Origin: Syntrophales bacterium
Lineage (GTDB): Bacteria > Desulfobacterota > Syntrophia > Syntrophales > PHBD01
Assembly (NCBI GenBank): GCA_035363115.1
Contig: DAOSEM010000001.1
Coordinates: forward strand, 271,356 to 335,355
Direction of reading: 5' to 3'
DNA: 64,000 nt
Shown one piece after another: positions 9,750 to 18,920 of this stretch. A program made the position numbers and the translations under genes. The notes under the pieces were generated by a model that saw only the letters and a program-made list of their open reading frames with translations, searched no databases and was not told the DNA's origin. Positions within the stretch are counted from its first letter, which is position 1. Each line of letters opens with the position of its first letter.

Positions 9750-11590
9750 GAACCGGCCGGGCCGCCCGGCAGTTTTCGGAAGAAGGCGGCGATCCTCTCA
9801 GCGGTCTTTTTACCAATCCCGCCGGCCTTTTGCAAGGTCGGGACATCGGCTGTGCGGACGGCCGCTGCGGAGCCCAGGGTCGAAAGCAGGGCCTTTAAGC
9901 GGGTCGGGCCGATACCGGGGATGCCTTCCAGGACGGAAGAAAGATCTTTTTTTGCCTTTCGCTGATGCAGGTAGGCCTGGGCGAAGCGGTGGGCTTCGTC
10001 GCGGACCTGCTGCAGCAGGTACAGGAGCGGCGGCCAGCGGGACGGGTCGAGGGGGTCCTTTCGTCCGGGGAGGAAGACCCGGTCTCCCCGGGATTCTTTC
10101 CTTCCGGCCGGGTGCTCCCGGGACTCCTTGGCCAGGGCGACGACCTCCACGTCCTTCACACCGGTGTCCCGGAGGGCCGACAGGGCCACCCGCAGGTGCC
10201 CCTTCCCGCCGTCCACGACGATCAGGTTCGGCGGCTCCTCGTTTCCCGAGAGTCGCCGGCGGAGAACCTCGTACATCATCCCGTAGTCGTCGATGCCTTC
10301 CACTGTCCGAATCCGATAGCGCCGATACCGCCCCCGATCGGGCCGTCCCTCGCGGAAGGCGACCTTGGAGCCGACGGCGACGTCCGCCCCGAGGCTGGCG
10401 ATGTCGAAGCACTCGATCCGCTCCGGAATTTTCTTCAGGGACAGCTTCTCCGCTGCAAGCTCCAGGGCCCGCCGTGGATCGGACCCGGGGGAGCGTGCCG
10501 CCCGGAGGGCGTTTTCCGCGTTCCGGCCGGCCATCTCCACGAGTTTCCTCGGCTCCCCCCTCTGCGGGAGGGAGATCGTGACCCCCCGTCCCCTCCGCTC
10601 TCCCAGCCACTCGGACACGACCTCCCGGTCCGGGATGTCGACGGGCAGGAGGATCTCCGGCGGAATGCGGACCTCCCCGTCATAGTAGCGCTTCAGGAGG
10701 GCCGAAAGGATCTCCTCCCGCTCCAGGGCCAGGCGGATCGGGGGAAACAGGAGCTGCCCCGTGACCTTTCCCTTGCGGACGAACAAAAGACAGACCTGCG
10801 TCAGCCCTTCTTCCCCATGGATCCCGAAGACGTCCCGGTCGCGGTGCGTCATGGAAAGGACGTACTGCTTCTCCAGGACGCGCTCGATTGCTCCGATGCG
10901 GTCGCGGAGCCGGGCGGCTTCCTCGAACAGGAGGTTCTCCGCGGCCTTTTCCATTCGGCGTCGCAGGTCCGCCAGGAGGACCCGCTCCCGCCCTTCCAGG
11001 AAGGCCAGGCTGTCCCTGACGAGCGCGGCGTAGGGGCCCGCTTCGATGAGCCCCGTGCAGGGGGCCGAGCAGCGCCGGATCTGGTACTCCAGGCAGGGAC
11101 GGCGGCGGCCGCGGAAGTCCGCGTCCCGGCAGGTGCGGAGCGGGAACAGGCCGTGCAGGAAGGAGAGGGTCTCCCGGGCCGAGGTGCTGGAGGGGAAGGG
11201 GCCGAAATAGCGGGCGCCGTCCTTCCGTGGACGCCGGACGAACTGGTAGCGAGGGAAGGGGTCCCGCGTGTCGATGCGGATGTGGAAGTAGGCCTTGTCG
11301 TCCCGGAAGTCGACGTTGTAGCGGGGACGGTGCTCCTTGATGAGGGTGTTCTCCAGGAGGAGGGCTTCCTTTTCCGTGGCCGTGACGATGAACTCCACGT
11401 CTTCAAGGCGGCCGACGAGAAAGGGGATCATGAACCGCCCGTCCGTACCGCCGGCATAGCTCTTGAGACGGCTCCGGATGTCCCTGGCCTTGCCGACGTA
11501 GAGGACCTCCCCGTCCCGTCCCTTCATGAGATAGACGCCGGGTCCCCGGGGGGCGCCGTCCACGAGGGCGTCGAGGGTGGCCCGGTCCAC
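9746..11590 (-). CDS. uvrC: Excinuclease ABC subunit C
   Basis: ORF 9746..11878 trimmed to the GTG at 11588-11590, 3 nt after the recO stop. GIY-YIG motif PGVYLMKGRDGEVLYVGKARDIRSRLKSY, the UVR domain and a C-terminal HhH (GIPGIGPTRLKALL). Confidence 0.93.
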   Translation of the reverse strand: MDRATLDALVDGAPRGPGVYLMKGRDGEVLYVGKARDIRSRLKSYAGGTDGRFMIPFLVGRLEDVEFIVTATEKEALLLENTLIKEHRPRYNVDFRDDKAYFHIRIDTRDPFPRYQFVRRPRKDGARYFGPFPSSTSARETLSFLHGLFPLRTCRDADFRGRRRPCLEYQIRRCSAPCTGLIEAGPYAALVRDSLAFLEGRERVLLADLRRRMEKAAENLLFEEAARLRDRIGAIERVLEKQYVLSMTHRDRDVFGIHGEEGLTQVCLLFVRKGKVTGQLLFPPIRLALEREEILSALLKRYYDGEVRIPPEILLPVDIPDREVVSEWLGERRGRGVTISLPQRGEPRKLVEMAGRNAENALRAARSPGSDPRRALELAAEKLSLKKIPERIECFDIASLGADVAVGSKVAFREGRPDRGRYRRYRIRTVEGIDDYGMMYEVLRRRLSGNEEPPNLIVVDGGKGHLRVALSALRDTGVKDVEVVALAKESREHPAGRKESRGDRVFLPGRKDPLDPSRWPPLLYLLQQVRDEAHRFAQAYLHQRKAKKDLSSVLEGIPGIGPTRLKALLSTLGSAAAVRTADVPTLQKAGGIGKKTAERIAAFFRKLPGGPAGS

Positions 11591-11592
11591 GG

Positions 11593-12366
11593 CTATCCCT
11601 CCAGGCGCCGCACGGCGCGCAGGACCTGGAGCGACTTGATCTCCCGCCCGAGCAGGTGCCGGATGAAGCAGGCCGTCAAGACCCGGCTTTCTTCCGCCGC
11701 CTGGCGGGTGAAGGAGATCCGTCCGATCCGCTCCAGCTCCACGTCCTTGCCCAGGAGAAGGGTTTTCAGAGTGCCCGCCGTGACGGCCACGGCGTCGGGA
11801 TCTCCGGTCCCGCAGGCGCCGCAGCGGATTCCGCCCTGCCGCGGATCGAAGCGCCAGGCCCCGCTGCCCGCCTCGCACCGGCAGGCGGTGCAGCGGTCCA
11901 GGACGGGCTCGAATCCGGAGGCCTTGAGCAGGCGGATCTCGTAAAACCGCAGGTGGTCTTCCGTCAGGGCCGGCTCCCGGTCGAGAAGGCGGAGAAAGTC
12001 CCGGACCAGCCCGAAGAGCGCGTCGTTTCTCTTCCCCTCCACGGAGAAATGGTCGGCCAGGTCGACGACGTACGAGGCGAGGAGCGTCTTCTCCAGGTCT
12101 CCCCGGAGGGCTTCGTGGTGGTCCACGGGATCGCTCGCCTCGATCAGGGCGAGGGAGTCCCGGGAGCGGCGGGAGAAGAGGATCCGGACCCGCGAGAATG
12201 GCTCCAGGGCGTTGGCGAACCGTTTCCGGCTTTTCCGGGCACCCTTGGCGATTCCCCGGACCTTGCCGAATTCGTCCGTCAGGAAGGTGACGATGCGGTC
12301 CGAGTCCCCGTAATCCAGCGTCCGCAGGACGAAGGCCTCGGCCTTAAGAGGCGTTCTCGGATTCAC
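11593..12366 (-). CDS. recO: DNA repair protein RecO
   Basis: [43 protein letters not shown] (RecO OB-fold N-terminus) and a C-terminal zinc motif (CTACRC...CGACG). Confidence 0.9.
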   Translation of the reverse strand: MNPRTPLKAEAFVLRTLDYGDSDRIVTFLTDEFGKVRGIAKGARKSRKRFANALEPFSRVRILFSRRSRDSLALIEASDPVDHHEALRGDLEKTLLASYVVDLADHFSVEGKRNDALFGLVRDFLRLLDREPALTEDHLRFYEIRLLKASGFEPVLDRCTACRCEAGSGAWRFDPRQGGIRCGACGTGDPDAVAVTAGTLKTLLLGKDVELERIGRISFTRQAAEESRVLTACFIRHLLGREIKSLQVLRAVRRLEG

Positions 12367-13657
12367 GGTAGACGACCTGGCCGCCCACGATGGTCATCAC
12401 CGCCCTGCCCTTCATGGGCATGTCCTGGAACGGCGTGTTCCGGCTCCGGGAGCGGAAAGAGCCGCTGTCCACCGTCCAGAAGCGGTTCAGGTCCAGCACG
12501 GTGATGTCCGCGTCGGAGCCGGGCTTCAGGGTGCCCCCGGGGACGCGGAGGATCTGCGCCGGCCGGAGGCTCATCCGGAGGACCATCTCCGGCAGCGTGA
12601 GGATCCCCTTGTGGACCAGCTTCAGGGTCAGGCCCAGGGACGTCTCGAGGCCCACCATCCCGAAGGCGGCGACATCGAACTCGACGGCCTTGTCGGTCAG
12701 GGCGTGGGGGGCGTGGTCGCTGGCCACGGCGTCGATGGTCCCGTCCCGCAGGGCCTCGCGGATCGCCTCCACGTCGGCGGCGGAGCGGAGCGGCGGGTTG
12801 ACCTTCAGGTTCGTGTCGTAGTCCCGGAGGGCTTCATCGGACAGGGTAAAGTAATGGGGGGCCGTCTCCGCTGTCACGGCGACGCCCCGCGCCCTGGCCT
12901 CGCGGAGGAGGCGGACGGATCCGGCGGTCGTGACGTGGCAGATGTGGATGGACGTGCGGGTGTACTCCGCCAGCAGGATGTCCCGGGCGATCATGGCCTC
13001 CTCGGCCGCCGAGGGAATGCCCCGGAGACCGAGTTCCGTCGAGACCAGGCTCTCGTTCATCAGGCCGCCCGCCGACAGGGTCGGGTCCTCGCTGTGGGAC
13101 AGAACGGGCATGTCCAGGGAATGGGCGTATTCCAGGGCGCGTCGCATGACGGAGCCGTTCGTGACGGGGCGGCCGTCGTCGGAGAAGGCCGCTGCGCCGG
13201 CCTCCTTCAGGTCCCAGAATTCCGAGAGGATCTTTCCCTCGAGGTTCCGGGTGATCGACGCCACCGGGTAGACCCGGGCCTTCCCGCTGGCCGCGGCCTC
13301 CCGGAGGATGAACTCCGTCACGGAACGGTTGTCGTTGACGGGATCGGTGTTGGCCATGCAGGCCACGGCGGTGAAGCCTCCTGCTACGGCGGCCTCGCAG
13401 CCCGTGGCGATCGTTTCCTTGTACTCGAAGCCGGGTTCCCGGAGGTGGACGTGCATGTCGATGAGTCCCGGAACCACCACGAGCCCCTTCATGTCCAGAA
13501 TGGACGTGCCATTGTCGGTCTTTTTCCCCTTGCCGGCCGGGGAGGGGATGTTCCGGGCGATCCGGGCCACCTTGCCGTTCCGGATCAGGATATCCATGGG
13601 GCCGTCGATGTCCTGGGAGGGATCGACGAGCCGCCCGTTTTTGAGAAGAAGGGTCAT
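12344..13657 (-). CDS. pyrC: Dihydroorotase
   Basis: Metal-binding [19 protein letters not shown] and ASDHAPH motifs. Overlaps the pyrB stop by 4 nt. Confidence 0.93.
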   Translation of the reverse strand: MTLLLKNGRLVDPSQDIDGPMDILIRNGKVARIARNIPSPAGKGKKTDNGTSILDMKGLVVVPGLIDMHVHLREPGFEYKETIATGCEAAVAGGFTAVACMANTDPVNDNRSVTEFILREAAASGKARVYPVASITRNLEGKILSEFWDLKEAGAAAFSDDGRPVTNGSVMRRALEYAHSLDMPVLSHSEDPTLSAGGLMNESLVSTELGLRGIPSAAEEAMIARDILLAEYTRTSIHICHVTTAGSVRLLREARARGVAVTAETAPHYFTLSDEALRDYDTNLKVNPPLRSAADVEAIREALRDGTIDAVASDHAPHALTDKAVEFDVAAFGMVGLETSLGLTLKLVHKGILTLPEMVLRMSLRPAQILRVPGGTLKPGSDADITVLDLNRFWTVDSGSFRSRSRNTPFQDMPMKGRAVMTIVGGQVVYRESENAS

Positions 13658-14577
13658 TGTTTTCCCCCTGTCAGGAGGTAGAGGAGGGCCATCCGCACGG
13701 CCACCCCGTTGGTTACCTGTTCCAGGATCACCGACGACGGGCCGTCGGCGATCTCCGGGGCGATCTCCACCCCCCGGTTGATGGGTCCGGGGTGCATGAC
13801 CAGGACGTCCGGCCCGGCCAGGTCGAGATGACGCCGGCTCAGGCAGTAGCGCCGGGCGTACTCCCGGAGCGAGGGGAAGAAGTTCTGCTGCTGCCGCTCC
13901 GCCTGGATGCGAAGCATCATGATCACGTCCGCTCCCGAGACGGCCTCCTCGAGGGACGTCCGGACTTCCACGCCCAGGCCTTCGATGTCCCGGGGCATCA
14001 TCGTGGCGGGGCCCGCCACGATTACCTGCGCCCCCATCTTGTGGAGGCCGTAGATGTTGGAGCGGGCCACCCGGCTGTGGGCGATGTCCCCGACGATGGC
14101 CACCTTCAGGCCCGCCACGCCGCCTTTCTTCAGGCGGATCGTCATGAGGTCGAGCAGGGCCTGGGTCGGGTGCTCGTTGGCTCCGTCGCCGGCGTTGATA
14201 ATGGACTGCCGGACCATCCGGGCCAGCATGTGGGGCGCCCCGGAGGCGCTGTGGCGGATGACGATCACATCGGGATTCATGGCCTCCAGGGTTCTGGCCG
14301 TGTCGATCAGGGTTTCCCCTTTCACGACGCTGCTGGTGGAGGCGGAGATGTTGATGGTGTCGGCGCTCAGCCGCTTCCCGGCGATCTCAAAGGAGGTCCG
14401 GGTGCGCGTACTGGCCTCGTAGAAGAGGTTGATGATCGTCTTGCCGCGCAGGGTCGGCACCTTCTTGATCTCCCGGGAGGATACCTCCACGAAGGACTCC
14501 GCCGTGTCGAGGATGATACCGATTTCCTCAACCGACAGGTCCTTGATTCCCAGGATATCTTTCTTCTGCAGGATCAT
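13654..14577 (-). CDS. pyrB: Aspartate carbamoyltransferase catalytic subunit
   Basis: [20 protein letters not shown] (STRTR carbamoyl-phosphate site), HPTQALLD and HPGP motifs. Confidence 0.94.
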   Translation of the reverse strand: MILQKKDILGIKDLSVEEIGIILDTAESFVEVSSREIKKVPTLRGKTIINLFYEASTRTRTSFEIAGKRLSADTINISASTSSVVKGETLIDTARTLEAMNPDVIVIRHSASGAPHMLARMVRQSIINAGDGANEHPTQALLDLMTIRLKKGGVAGLKVAIVGDIAHSRVARSNIYGLHKMGAQVIVAGPATMMPRDIEGLGVEVRTSLEEAVSGADVIMMLRIQAERQQQNFFPSLREYARRYCLSRRHLDLAGPDVLVMHPGPINRGVEIAPEIADGPSSVILEQVTNGVAVRMALLYLLTGGKQ

Positions 14578-14623
14578 AAATGGACCTCGTCTGGTCTGTC
14601 CGGTCCGTCGGCCGGTTTCCTGT

Positions 14624-15220
<597 letters not shown>

Positions 15221-15259
15221 TCACGTCATTCTGTCTCTGCGGAGCGGTTTTTTCATGGC

Positions 15260-15298
15260 GTTCCTTTTTCAATCTCGCCGGATCAAGTTAAAAGGACC
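15260..15298 (-). promoter_or_regulatory. PyrR binding hairpin (anti-antiterminator)
   Basis: Minus-strand RNA GGUCCUUUUAACUUGAUCCGGCGAGAUUGAAAAAGGAAC. This parallels the B. subtilis pyr leader element UCUUUAAC-AGUCCAGAGAGGCU-GAGAAGGA (consensus loop ARUCCAGAGAGGYU, recalled from memory). Confidence 0.65.
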
Positions 15299-15439
15299 GG
15301 TCCTTTTCGAGAGGGTACGTTAGTCCAGCGGGCCGCGGCCTGTCAAGGACAAACTGCCCGCTTCCCTGCTGCGGTCGGTCGGCGCTTCTTATTTCGTGGA
15401 ACTGTGGTATAAGGACACCCGAAAAAGCGCCGGGGAGGG

Positions 15440-16813
15440 GTGGGACCGAACGTGAAGATCATCATCGTCGGGGCCGGCGAGGTCGGCTACCACATCGCGA
15501 AGAAACTGTCGGAAGAGAAGCAGGACGTGGTGCTCATCGACAAGGATCCGGGCAAGATCCGGCGGATCGGCGAGAACCTGGATGTCCAGTCCTACCAGGG
15601 TTCCGGCACCAGCCCGCAGGTTCTCCGGGATTCCGGGATCGCGGATGCGGACATGCTGGTTGCAGCGACGGACAGCGACGAGGTGAACCTGATCTCCTGC
15701 CTCCTGGCCCGGAGCCTCAATCGCCACATGCTCAAGGTCGCCCGGGTGAAAAACGAGGAGTACCTCCGCGAGACGGATCTCTTCCAGAAGGAGCTTCTCG
15801 GAGTCGACCTGATCATCAGCCCCCGGATCATGATGGTGGAGACGATCCTGAACCTCATGAAGATTCCCGGGGCCTCCGAAGCGGTCGATTTCGTCGGCGG
15901 CAAGGTCAAGCTGATCGGATTTTTCGTGACGGACGACCTGCCCTTTTCGGGGCAGAAGCTGAGCGCGCTCCGTGGATTCGAGGGAAGAGCCCTGGTGGCG
16001 GCCATCGTCCGGGGGCACCGGATCCTGATCCCCAGCGGCGGAGACACGATCCAGCCCCACGACCTGGTCTACATGGCGGTCCGGGCGGATCACCTCGACG
16101 ACACCCTCGAACGGCTCAACCTGAAGGGGGGGCCCGTGAAGAACATCTTCATCGTCGGTGGCGGCGAGACGGGGTACGCCGTGGCCCGGGCCCTCGACGG
16201 CCGTGGCCTCAACGTCCGGATCCTGGACCATGACGGGGACCGCTGCAAGAAAATGGCGGCGACCCTGGACAAGGTCCTGGTCATCCGCGGCGACGGGACG
16301 GACCGCGACCTGCTCCGCGAGGAAAACGCCGGTGCCTCGGACCTGTTCATCGCCCTCACGGGCGACGAGGAGAGCAACGTCTTCATCTCCCTCCTCGCCA
16401 AGGGATTGGGCGCCCGCCGCACGATCACCCGGGTGAGCAAGCTCAGCTACATGCCCGTGGTCTCCGCCATGGGGCTCGACACGGTCCTGAATCCGCGGAT
16501 GGCGGCGGTTCGGGCGATTCTCCAGTACATCCGCCGGGGGCGGATCCTGTCGGTGACCCCCCTTCGGGAGGAGCAGGCCGAGGCCATCGAGGCGGAGGCC
16601 CTGGAGACCTCCGAGATCGTCCGCGCCCCCCTCTCTCGGGTCAAGTTCCCCAAGGGGGCGATCCTCGGGGCCATCGTGCGGGGGGAGGAGATCATCATCC
16701 CCCGGGGTGATACCGTCGTCAAACCGAAGGACCGGCTCATCATCTTCGCCATGCAGGACGTCGTCGCCCGGCTGGAAAAGCTCCTGACGGTGAAGCTGGA
16801 GTATTTTGAATGA
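15440..16813 (+). CDS. trkA: Trk potassium uptake system NAD-binding subunit TrkA
   Basis: Two RCK/KTN repeats (KIIIVGAGEVGYHIAKKL and NIFIVGGGETGYAVARAL). The true start may be the GTG at 15452, which has GGGGAGGGG upstream. Confidence 0.92.
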   Translation: MGPNVKIIIVGAGEVGYHIAKKLSEEKQDVVLIDKDPGKIRRIGENLDVQSYQGSGTSPQVLRDSGIADADMLVAATDSDEVNLISCLLARSLNRHMLKVARVKNEEYLRETDLFQKELLGVDLIISPRIMMVETILNLMKIPGASEAVDFVGGKVKLIGFFVTDDLPFSGQKLSALRGFEGRALVAAIVRGHRILIPSGGDTIQPHDLVYMAVRADHLDDTLERLNLKGGPVKNIFIVGGGETGYAVARALDGRGLNVRILDHDGDRCKKMAATLDKVLVIRGDGTDRDLLREENAGASDLFIALTGDEESNVFISLLAKGLGARRTITRVSKLSYMPVVSAMGLDTVLNPRMAAVRAILQYIRRGRILSVTPLREEQAEAIEAEALETSEIVRAPLSRVKFPKGAILGAIVRGEEIIIPRGDTVVKPKDRLIIFAMQDVVARLEKLLTVKLEYFE

Positions 16814-18258
16814 ACGGGCGGCTCATAGCCTACCTGCTTTCCATCCTCGTCCTCGACCTGGGCCTCTTTATGGTCCTGCCCGTCCTGGTCTCCCTCTGGT
16901 ACGGGGAGCCGTGCGCCCGGCAGCTGTTTCTCGCTGCGATCCTCACCGGATGCCTGGGCCTGGCCATGCGGGCCGCCTCGGGCCGGCCCGCCGACCGGTA
17001 CCTGAGCCACCGGGACGGAGTCGCCATTGTGACGGGAGGGTGGGTGCTGGCCGGCCTGGTGGCGACCCTGCCCTATCTCCTGACGGGGACCATCCCGGAT
17101 TTCACGGACGCCTACTTCGAGTGCATCTCCGGTTTCACCACCACGGGCTCCAGCATTTTCAGCAACGTCGAAGTTCTGCCGAGGGGCGTCCTCTTCTGGC
17201 GGAGCCTCACCCAGTGGCTCGGGGGCATGGGGATCATCGTCCTGTCCATCGCGATCCTTCCCTTCCTGGGGATCGGGGGGATGCAGCTCTACAAGGCGGA
17301 GACGCCCAGCCCCGTCGTGGACAAGCTGACGCCGCGGATCTCCGACACGGCCAGGGTCCTGTGGAAAGTATACGTCCTGCTGACGCTGATGCAGATTATC
17401 CTGCTCCTCTTCGGCGGCATGTCCCTCTTCGACGCCGTCTGCCACGCCTTCACGACGATGCCCACGGGCGGCTTTTCCACGAAGAATGCAAGCATCGCCG
17501 CCTATAACAGCGTCTATATCGAGGTCGTGGTGACCGTGTTCATGGTCCTGGCGGGGATGAACTTCGCCCTGCATTACCGGCTGCTCCGGGGAGATTTCCG
17601 TTCTGTCCGGAAAGATCCGGAGATCCGGGTCTATCTCCTCATTTTCGGAGTCCTGACGCTCCTGGTGGCGGTGGACCTTTTCGGCCGGACCTGCCCGTCG
17701 GCGACGCAGGCCCTCCGTTACGCCTCCTTCCAGGTGGCCTCGATCCTGACGACAACCGGCTATACCACGGCGGACTTCGAGCAGTGGCCCGCCTTTTCCC
17801 AGATCGTGCTGCTCCTGTGCATGTTCCTCGGCAGTATGGCCGGATCCACCGGCGGCGGCATCAAGACGCTCCGCCTGCTCCTGCTTGCCAAGCACGCCTA
17901 CCTCGAGATCGTCCGCGTAATCCATCCCCACGCCATGACCATCGTGAAACTCGGGAATGTCCCCGTCTCCCAGTCCGTCCTCCGCAGCGTCTGGGGATTT
18001 TTTATCCTCTTCATGGGCATCTTCGTCCTGGCGACGCTTGTCATGAGCGCCCTGGGAGTCGATTTTCTGACCTCCGTCTCTTCCGTGGCCTCCTGCCTGG
18101 GAAACGTGGGGCCCGGGTTGGGCGCCGTCGGGCCGATGGATAATTTCGGCGGCCTGCCGGCGGCGGGAAAGTGGGTGCTCATCGCCTGCATGCTCCTGGG
18201 GAGGCTGGAGATTTATACGGTATTGGTATTCCTGATGCCCCGCTTCTGGAAGGACTGA
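16810..18258 (+). CDS. trkH: Trk potassium uptake system membrane subunit TrkH
   Basis: ATGA overlap with trkA. Multi-TM protein with TrkH pore-loop motifs (ECISGFTTTGSSIF, TTMPTGGFST, LTTTGYTT, GSTGGGIKT). Confidence 0.92.
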   Translation: MNGRLIAYLLSILVLDLGLFMVLPVLVSLWYGEPCARQLFLAAILTGCLGLAMRAASGRPADRYLSHRDGVAIVTGGWVLAGLVATLPYLLTGTIPDFTDAYFECISGFTTTGSSIFSNVEVLPRGVLFWRSLTQWLGGMGIIVLSIAILPFLGIGGMQLYKAETPSPVVDKLTPRISDTARVLWKVYVLLTLMQIILLLFGGMSLFDAVCHAFTTMPTGGFSTKNASIAAYNSVYIEVVVTVFMVLAGMNFALHYRLLRGDFRSVRKDPEIRVYLLIFGVLTLLVAVDLFGRTCPSATQALRYASFQVASILTTTGYTTADFEQWPAFSQIVLLLCMFLGSMAGSTGGGIKTLRLLLLAKHAYLEIVRVIHPHAMTIVKLGNVPVSQSVLRSVWGFFILFMGIFVLATLVMSALGVDFLTSVSSVASCLGNVGPGLGAVGPMDNFGGLPAAGKWVLIACMLLGRLEIYTVLVFLMPRFWKD

Positions 18259-18411
18259 CGGGCTGCTGAAAAACAGCCGTCTGCGGCGTTTCCCTCCTCC
18301 TTCGCCATTCGACGTACCGAAAAGGGTACGACTCATGGCTCAGGATTTCGGGGGCCTTGCATCCGGGTATTTTTGAACAGCCCGCTACAGGCTTCCGGCA
18401 GGGATGTTCCA

Positions 18412-18447
18412 ATTGCTCCTCTGGGAACCCCCGGTCGCGCCCCCGCG
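18412..18447. repeat. Left arm of the perfect 36-bp inverted repeat bracketing the core module
   Basis: ATTGCTCCTCTGGGAACCCCCGGTCGCGCCCCCGCG is the exact reverse complement of 18740-18775. Confidence 0.95.
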
Positions 18448-18739
18448 GACGTCGGCTGGTAAATGGGTAAATAGGGACACTTCCCCTATATTTTCTCGTA
18501 ATGGTCGGTCCGGGGAGGGGGGCTTCCCGGAGCGCGAATAGCGGCTTTTTCGGGGCACCCTGCCGTCGCAGCGCAGCGCCCGCAAAGTCCTGTGTTTGAA
18601 CACCGTCCGGTGCGAGTTATGACTTTGCAGCGGAGCGAAAAGATGCAAAGGGAGCAGATTTGAAATCTGTCCCATACGCTTCTGAACGCAAGGGATGCCC
18701 CCTCCCTGTTCAAACGGAAGCTTTTTCCCGTCGTAATTT

Positions 18740-18775
18740 CGCGGGGGCGCGACCGGGGGTTCCCAGAGGAGCAAT
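18740..18775. repeat. Right arm of the perfect 36-bp inverted repeat (also the 5' arm of the U hairpin)
   Basis: CGCGGGGGCGCGACCGGGGGTTCCCAGAGGAGCAAT, lying 292 bp from the left arm. It also pairs imperfectly with 18846-18870. Confidence 0.95.
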
Positions 18776-18920
18776 CAGGAAGCGTTTCCAGGGCAGGGAG
18801 ATCCGATTTGCCGGCACCGGAAACAGGAAACGCTTCCGCGACGGCGGGAATCCCCGTGGCAGCCCCCGCGCCCCGGATGAATCTGCCGGCCGTGGGGGCT
18901 GATACAGGAGAGTCGTTGTT

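Larger units (their letters stand above)
18261..18872. repeat. Composite hairpin-module intergenic element, copy 1 (modules A 18261-18386, core 18512-18706, U 18740-18872)
   Basis: Long nucleotide matches to 32358-32883, for example 43 identical nt GGGGAGGGGGGCTTCCCGGAGCGCGAATAGCGGCTTTTTCGGG and 35 identical nt GCTCCTCTGGGAACCCCCGGTCGCGCCCCCGCGGA. Starts 2 nt after the trkH stop. No convincing ORF. Confidence 0.85.

Noticed and set aside
9746-9760. Expected yybP-ykoY (manganese) riboswitch upstream of mntP (9186-9749) and of the TerC gene (58371-59333)
   Set aside because: There is no leader space. The mntP start overlaps the uvrC stop by 4 nt, and the TerC start is only 15 nt from the upstream stop. 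Both appear translationally or transcriptionally coupled to upstream genes instead.
9746-11878. ORF-track N-terminal extensions: uvrC 710 aa, queA 430 aa (32892-34184), corA 540 aa (35850-37472), NUDIX 316 aa (34223-35173), NRDE 305 aa (34648-35565), tgt, acrA, pyrR, the TolC-like gene and others
   Set aside because: The extensions overlap upstream genes, are low-complexity, and precede the conserved family N-termini. Internal ATG/GTG/TTG starts with an SD or stop/start coupling were used instead.
18609-18640. GTGCG motif in the core (ccgGTGCGAGTTATGAC) resembling a group II intron 5' end; retron msr/msd was also considered because of the flanking inverted repeats
   Set aside because: The element is far too short for a group II intron, and no domain V-like hairpin or intron-encoded protein is present. 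No reverse transcriptase gene lies nearby or anywhere in the window.
18385-18774. Minus-strand ORFs 18385-18774 and 32319-32774 share a peptide stretch (APLQSHNSHRTV..TLRALRCDGRV.RKSRYSRSGKPPSP), suggesting a conserved small protein
   Set aside because: The similarity is confined to the nucleotide-conserved core of the repeat. The N- and C-terminal parts, start positions and lengths differ. There is no RBS, and the composition is odd. The same region shows helix-preserving changes. A noncoding repeat is more likely, though translation is not formally excluded.
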